DNA of 64,000 nt from Oikopleura dioica. Taxonomy: Eukaryota > Animalia > Chordata. Below are positions 59,658 to 64,000 of this stretch, in pieces. The position numbers and the translations under genes were made by a program. A model generated the notes under the pieces. It ran no database searches, was not told the origin of the DNA, and was given only the letters and a program-made list of their open reading frames with translations. The DNA lies in contig OU015566.1 in the NCBI GenBank assembly GCA_907165135.1, positions 744,001 through 808,000 of the forward strand. The letters run 5' to 3'. The stretch's first letter is position 1. Each line of letters starts with the position of its first letter.

Positions 59658-62219
59658 ATGGAGATTGAAAAAGAAGATATTGAAAAATGGCTTGAAGGAT
59701 TCCTCCCGAAATTAAAACGAACAACAAATAGAACAGCTAAGGATCGATTTATTTCATCAGTCGATCGCCAAATTTTTGATGACGATGATTATGCGTTGAA
59801 ATGGGATAAAATTGGTCTCAAACCTGCAAGTGACAATTTTTATTTGAAAAATGAAAACTGGATAGAATATTTTCAACTTTCAACATATCAAAAAGAACTA
59901 GCTGATCAAATTTTTGAGGAAAAAAGGCAGCTTGAGAAAAAAATTCTTGAGAAAAATTCAAAAAGAAAAGAAGATAAGGAAACGAATCTAAGAAAAAGAC
60001 CGCGAAAAGACGATACAAAACTTGAAATTTTGAAAAGATCAGACTTGGAGGACGAAAATGACGAATGGAAACTAGACGGACTGATTAAAAGAAATGAAGG
60101 CGGCGAAGCGATTTTATTGTTTCAAAAATTTAAGGAGGAAGAAGTGGCGATTAGAGTGCAATGCTTCGACCAAGCACTTTTTACAGAGGATTTGCCGAAG
60201 GATAAGATCCACTGTGAGATCAACTTTCATGAGGAATTCGAGAGAACGAAGCCTTTTGAAGAGGACGAAGATGAGACCATGCCGAGGCATGATAATGTCA
60301 TCAAGCATTTCGCCAACATCGAGCTTTTTTACAGTAAAGAAAAGGAGAAAACGGACTGTTTAGGAACAGAGTTGCAAATATTAATTTTTTTCTGCTGAGC
60401 TGAGCTAAGCTGACCAGAGTGAAAATTTCAATGAGCTGAGCAGAGCTGCCCTTTTCAGAGGTCATTTAGCTGAGCTGAGCAGACATTTTTCAATGACGTG
60501 CTTTTTTTAAGGTTACTGTATTTATTTCTCCCACTTACTACTTTGAATACCCAGAACACCATATATATTTGGAATCAGTGCAAAAAATCTAGAAACTTGA
60601 CCATAACCGATTCTCAAAAATCACTCCCGGTTACGATTCTAGAGCCGGAAATGTAAAAATCATGAGCTTACGGTACCTATAGAACCCCTAGACAATGGCA
60701 TATCAAATTGAGTCTTGCGTCATTTTAGATTTGTCTGTGATATAATAAAGGCTAAATGAGCTCTTTGTCGATTCTAGAGCCAGTACCTGATGAAATTTTG
60801 TGATATAGCAACTTCTGATTTTTGAATTTTATCAGTTTTTGCCTCTAGAACCGATTAAAAAAAGCTCATCTTACCTTTATTATATCACAGACAACTCTAA
60901 AATGACGCAAGACTCAATTTGATATGCCATTGTCTAGGGGTTCTATAGGTACCGTAAGCTCATGATTTTTACATTTCCGGCTCTAGAATCGTAACCGGGA
61001 GTGATTTTTGAGAATCGGTTACGGTCAAGTTTCTAGATTTTTTGCACTGATACCAAATATATATGGTGTTCTGTGTGTTCAAAGAAGTAAGTGGGAGAAA
61101 TAAATACAGTAACCTTAAAAAAAGCACGTCAATGGAGCTTAGCTGAGCTTACCAGAACAGACTCCTCTTAGAGCTGAGGTGAGCTGGTCGAGCTAAGCTG
61201 TTTTCTACTGTATTTTTACTAGTAAGTAAGTCCTAGCTGAGCTGGGCTAAGCAAGGCTTGTCCTTAAATCATTGAGCTGAGCTGAGCTGAGTGATAATTG
61301 TCTGAGCTGAGCTGAGCGCCTGCTCAGCTCTCTCAGACGGCTCAGCTTACTTAGCTCAGAATATTTGCAACTCTATTAAGGGTGGATAACGATTATGGAA
61401 AGAGGCGAAATCAGCTTATATAAATATCTTCAGCGGGATGACATTGATATCGACGAGAGGAAGAATATTCTAAAAGGAATTTTAAAAGGATGGAGTTATC
61501 TTCATTCAATCGGCATTGCTCATTATGACATGAAATTGGAAAATATCGTTCTTGTTGACGATGATGGAGAAATGGTACCTAGAATCATTGATTTTGGTTT
61601 ATGCTGGGATACTGGAACACAAGCGGTCAATCAAGGATTCAGAAAGATGGGGTACATACGGAAAGGAAGCAAATATCGCGTTCGAGAAGCTCGATTGGAT
61701 GCTGGAACTCCCGGATTTTGCATCGGAACTCAGATTCATGATGGCTATCATAGGCGGGTGGCTTGGATGAATCTTGCAGTTTTTATTCTTTGCGACTGGA
61801 AAACAGCATGGCTACTTCTTTACGAGCCGGTTAATCATTTGGATGAGGCGGCAAAAGCGATTTTCAACCGATGCAAGAATATTGATGAAAATGATGAATC
61901 TTGTCCAGAAATGGACTTTCCCTGCTTTTATAATCTTTATCAAAACGAAGTGCTGGACTCATCTGATTACACAAGTGCTATTGACAAAATTGAGAAAATC
62001 TTCAGTGTTGCCTTTGACAACAATGAAGCTGAACTCAATTTCGAAGCACCGAATAAGTCTATTTCTACGTCTGTCGTTCGAAGCTCTCTAAAAGAAGACA
62101 TATCGACATGGGAAAGAGTAGGACCCATCGTGGGAAAGCTTGACAAGAGTTACACTGAGCTCTGCGTTCCATTATCAGGAAAAATCTTAAATCGAATCAA
62201 TTGCATGCAAAAAAACTAA
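59658..62219 (+). CDS. Divergent Ser/Thr-type protein kinase; probably continues into 63252-64000
   Basis: GGEAIL glycine-loop region, VAIR, HDNVIK, AHYDMKLENI, IIDFG, AGTPGF; exons 59658-60363 and 61381 onward. Confidence 0.85.
60367..61375. mobile_element. hAT-like MITE forming essentially the whole kinase intron
   Basis: TIR YAGAGTTGCAAATATT (15/16); subterminal (GCTGA)n; degenerate 8-bp TSD TTTAGGAA / TTAAGGGT. Confidence 0.8.
60495..61130. mobile_element. Nested long-TIR MITE (636 bp)
   Basis: ~270-bp near-perfect inverted arms; AAT|gacgtgc ... gcacgtc|AAT. Confidence 0.85.
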
Positions 62220-62294
62220 CGCGGGTTAACAAAGGGGTATCTAAAGTGTAATATTCCGGTGAATCGTAATGAAATGTATGGCATAGTAACAAAT

Positions 62295-62365
62295 AGTTGG
62301 ATAGCTTAGTGGTAAAGCACTCGACTCATGAGTAGGAGGTCCCAGGTTCGATCCCTGGTCCCAGA
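62295..62365 (+). pseudogene. tRNA-like sequence (CAT loop): tRNA-Met pseudogene or tRNA-derived SINE head
   Basis: A box TAGCTTAGTGG, B box GGTTCGATCC, intact D and T arms; anticodon stem (CTCGA/GTAGG) and acceptor stem do not pair. Confidence 0.7.
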
Positions 62366-62890
62366 TGATTTTCGAAAAATTTTTTCAGGCCAAAAAATCA
62401 CTTTTTAACTGTTAGTGCCATCTTCACCGCCGTCTCAAACCGAGTCGAACGGTACAGTCGGAGTCCAAAATAAGGGACACCAAGATAAGGGACTTTTTGG
62501 CTCAAAATGCCGAAAATCAGCGGCAGAAAAAAATCCAATTTAAGGGACTTTCTGAGATTAGTAAGCTTTTTCGGTTAGCTGAGAGCCAAAAATGGTATCA
62601 ATTACCTTGATTTCAACCAGTTTTGCCGCAAACTGAAGTAATTTCCATTTCATTATATGGTTCCCTCTTTCAAAAATGTCATAAAAGCCACAAAAACAAT
62701 GACTTCAGCTTATTTTGCCCCAAAAAATATACTTTGAAAAAATTTGGCAGCGACATATTTTTTGCTTTGATGACCCAATTTAAGGGACTTTTTTCGAAAA
62801 TTTTGGAACAAAAAAAGTCCCTTATTTTGGACTCCGACTGTATATGTTTCCCTTGAAAATTCTAGAGTTTTGGGTACTTCCGGTCAAATT
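62364..62890. mobile_element. Fragment of the 15715-19251 TIR family, interrupted by a pogo-like MITE
   Basis: gatgattttcgaaaaa..cttcaccgccg and aattctagagttttgggtacttccggtc match the left TIR at 15715-15850. Confidence 0.7.
62455..62840. mobile_element. Tc1/pogo-like MITE (386 bp)
   Basis: 24-bp perfect TIR CAGTCGGAGTCCAAAATAAGGGAC; TA on both sides. Confidence 0.9.
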
Positions 62891-63251
62891 TACGAAATTC
62901 TAGTTTTCCACTGCACATTAGGTTTTCCGCCCCCAAGTCGCAAACCTAACAAAAGAATCACACGGCTGATTTAACATATTGACCAGTCAGAGCGTGAAGG
63001 AAATACTTATGAATCAGCCCAGTCGTTATTGAACGACCCTCTTGTACAGATTATCTCGAGTCTTGGGTCTCCGGACCTGGAGAATTCTCATCAAGAAGCG
63101 TTATTCTGCCCTCTGATTGGTCAATTATGAAAATCAGCCCGGTCGTTGTTAAAAGAAACCCTTGAAGAATGACCTTTGGTTTTTGGGATCAATACCAGCT
63201 ACAGTCGGAAAATTATAAATGAAATGATAAAGAGTTAAAGATTCCTCTGAG

Positions 63252-64000
63252 CTTGCTCATTATTTCATCATGAGATACTAAATCTCAAAGAAGACATTGA
63301 AAGTGAAAGCGGAAAAAATCTCTTTTCTCTGGATAATATTCTCCGAATTTTCATTTTGATTTGCTGTCCGAAGTTTTTGGGCGGTCTTGGACACCGCGGA
63401 AACGAAACAAGCTCTATGCTGGACATCGAGAGCATTCTAGAGCGGTTTACAAGAAAAACTCATCTTTTGGAAGAAGGTTGGCGAATTATTGCAAAGCAGC
63501 TCTTGCCACACAAAATTCAAGCTGATTACGAAGTTGATTTTGGTTCCGTTGACCTGACTTCATTGGTTGTTTCTGAAGCTCATTTTCCCGTATCAGTAAC
63601 CGGAATGTACTATTCTGAAGATGGAATAAATACGCACCAGCTAATACTTCAACAAATCGAAGAAGGGTATTTTGTTCTTACTCTTCGAGCTGATCAAGAT
63701 CCGAAAAAGGGTTCAATTCGGATTCCGGTTCAGAACAGATTCTTTTTGAACTCCGAGGACGAGCTTGAAGACTATCCAAATCAAAATATTGATGCATTTT
63801 ATGGTGATCCTAGCGGGATAGAGCAAGAAACTTGGTACATTTTCCCAACCGCTTATTTCTTGAAAATCGATAAAATTAACAGAAAGCCGATTGAAGAAAA
63901 AATACGAAAATTCAATGACGCTTCAATTGACATGCTTTCTCGAGTTTATACCAAGCGATTTTCTGATTATACTGACGATGCGATGCCGTACTTGCTCAAT
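63252..64000 (+). CDS. Open reading frame running off the window end (~250 codons), likely a 3' exon of the kinase gene
   Basis: No stop from 63251 to 64000 (HHEILNLKED..CCPKFLGGLG..KTHLLEEGWRII..NTHQLIL..); AG acceptor at 63250-63251; absent from the ORF track because no stop falls in the window. Confidence 0.65.

Noticed and set aside
62295-62365. Functional tRNA-Met gene
   Set aside because: The anticodon stem and most of the acceptor stem cannot pair.
1-64000. Autonomous transposase, reverse transcriptase or Rep/helicase gene
   Set aside because: No ORF with DDE, RT or helicase motifs was found; all elements here appear non-autonomous.

Overview
AT-rich, gene-dense eukaryotic DNA, not prokaryotic. 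Genes are split by very short spliceosomal introns (41-48 bp measured in several genes), some apparently with non-canonical GA donors. This points to the larvacean tunicate Oikopleura or a close relative (inference from gene architecture). Recognisable genes are a choline/ethanolamine-kinase-like (APH superfamily) gene, DNAI4/WDR78, a membrane-anchored CUB protein, an SLC16 transporter, an SLC5 Na+-coupled transporter, an ANL-superfamily acyl-CoA synthetase, STPG2 and a divergent protein kinase. There are also several uncharacterised, low-complexity and tandem-duplicated genes. About a third of the window is non-autonomous mobile DNA with readable TIRs and TSDs: hAT-like (8-bp TSD), Merlin-like (GG..CC ends, 8-bp TSD), Kolobok/piggyBac-like (TTAA), Tc1/pogo-like (TA), foldback elements and one small LTR element. 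No transposase or pol ORF is present. Highlights: (1) a kinase intron that is a hAT MITE whose degenerate TSD halves supply both splice sites; (2) a fresh hAT MITE inside a DNAI4 coding exon; (3) a duplicated gene blown apart over about 10 kb by a multi-level nested TE stack that includes a 1.7-kb LTR element with identical LTRs; (4) a 56-bp double-hairpin satellite carried inside two different hAT elements; (5) TE-borne arrays of AP-1, CCAAT and CRE motifs. Exon boundaries were read by eye and gene ends are approximate unless stated.
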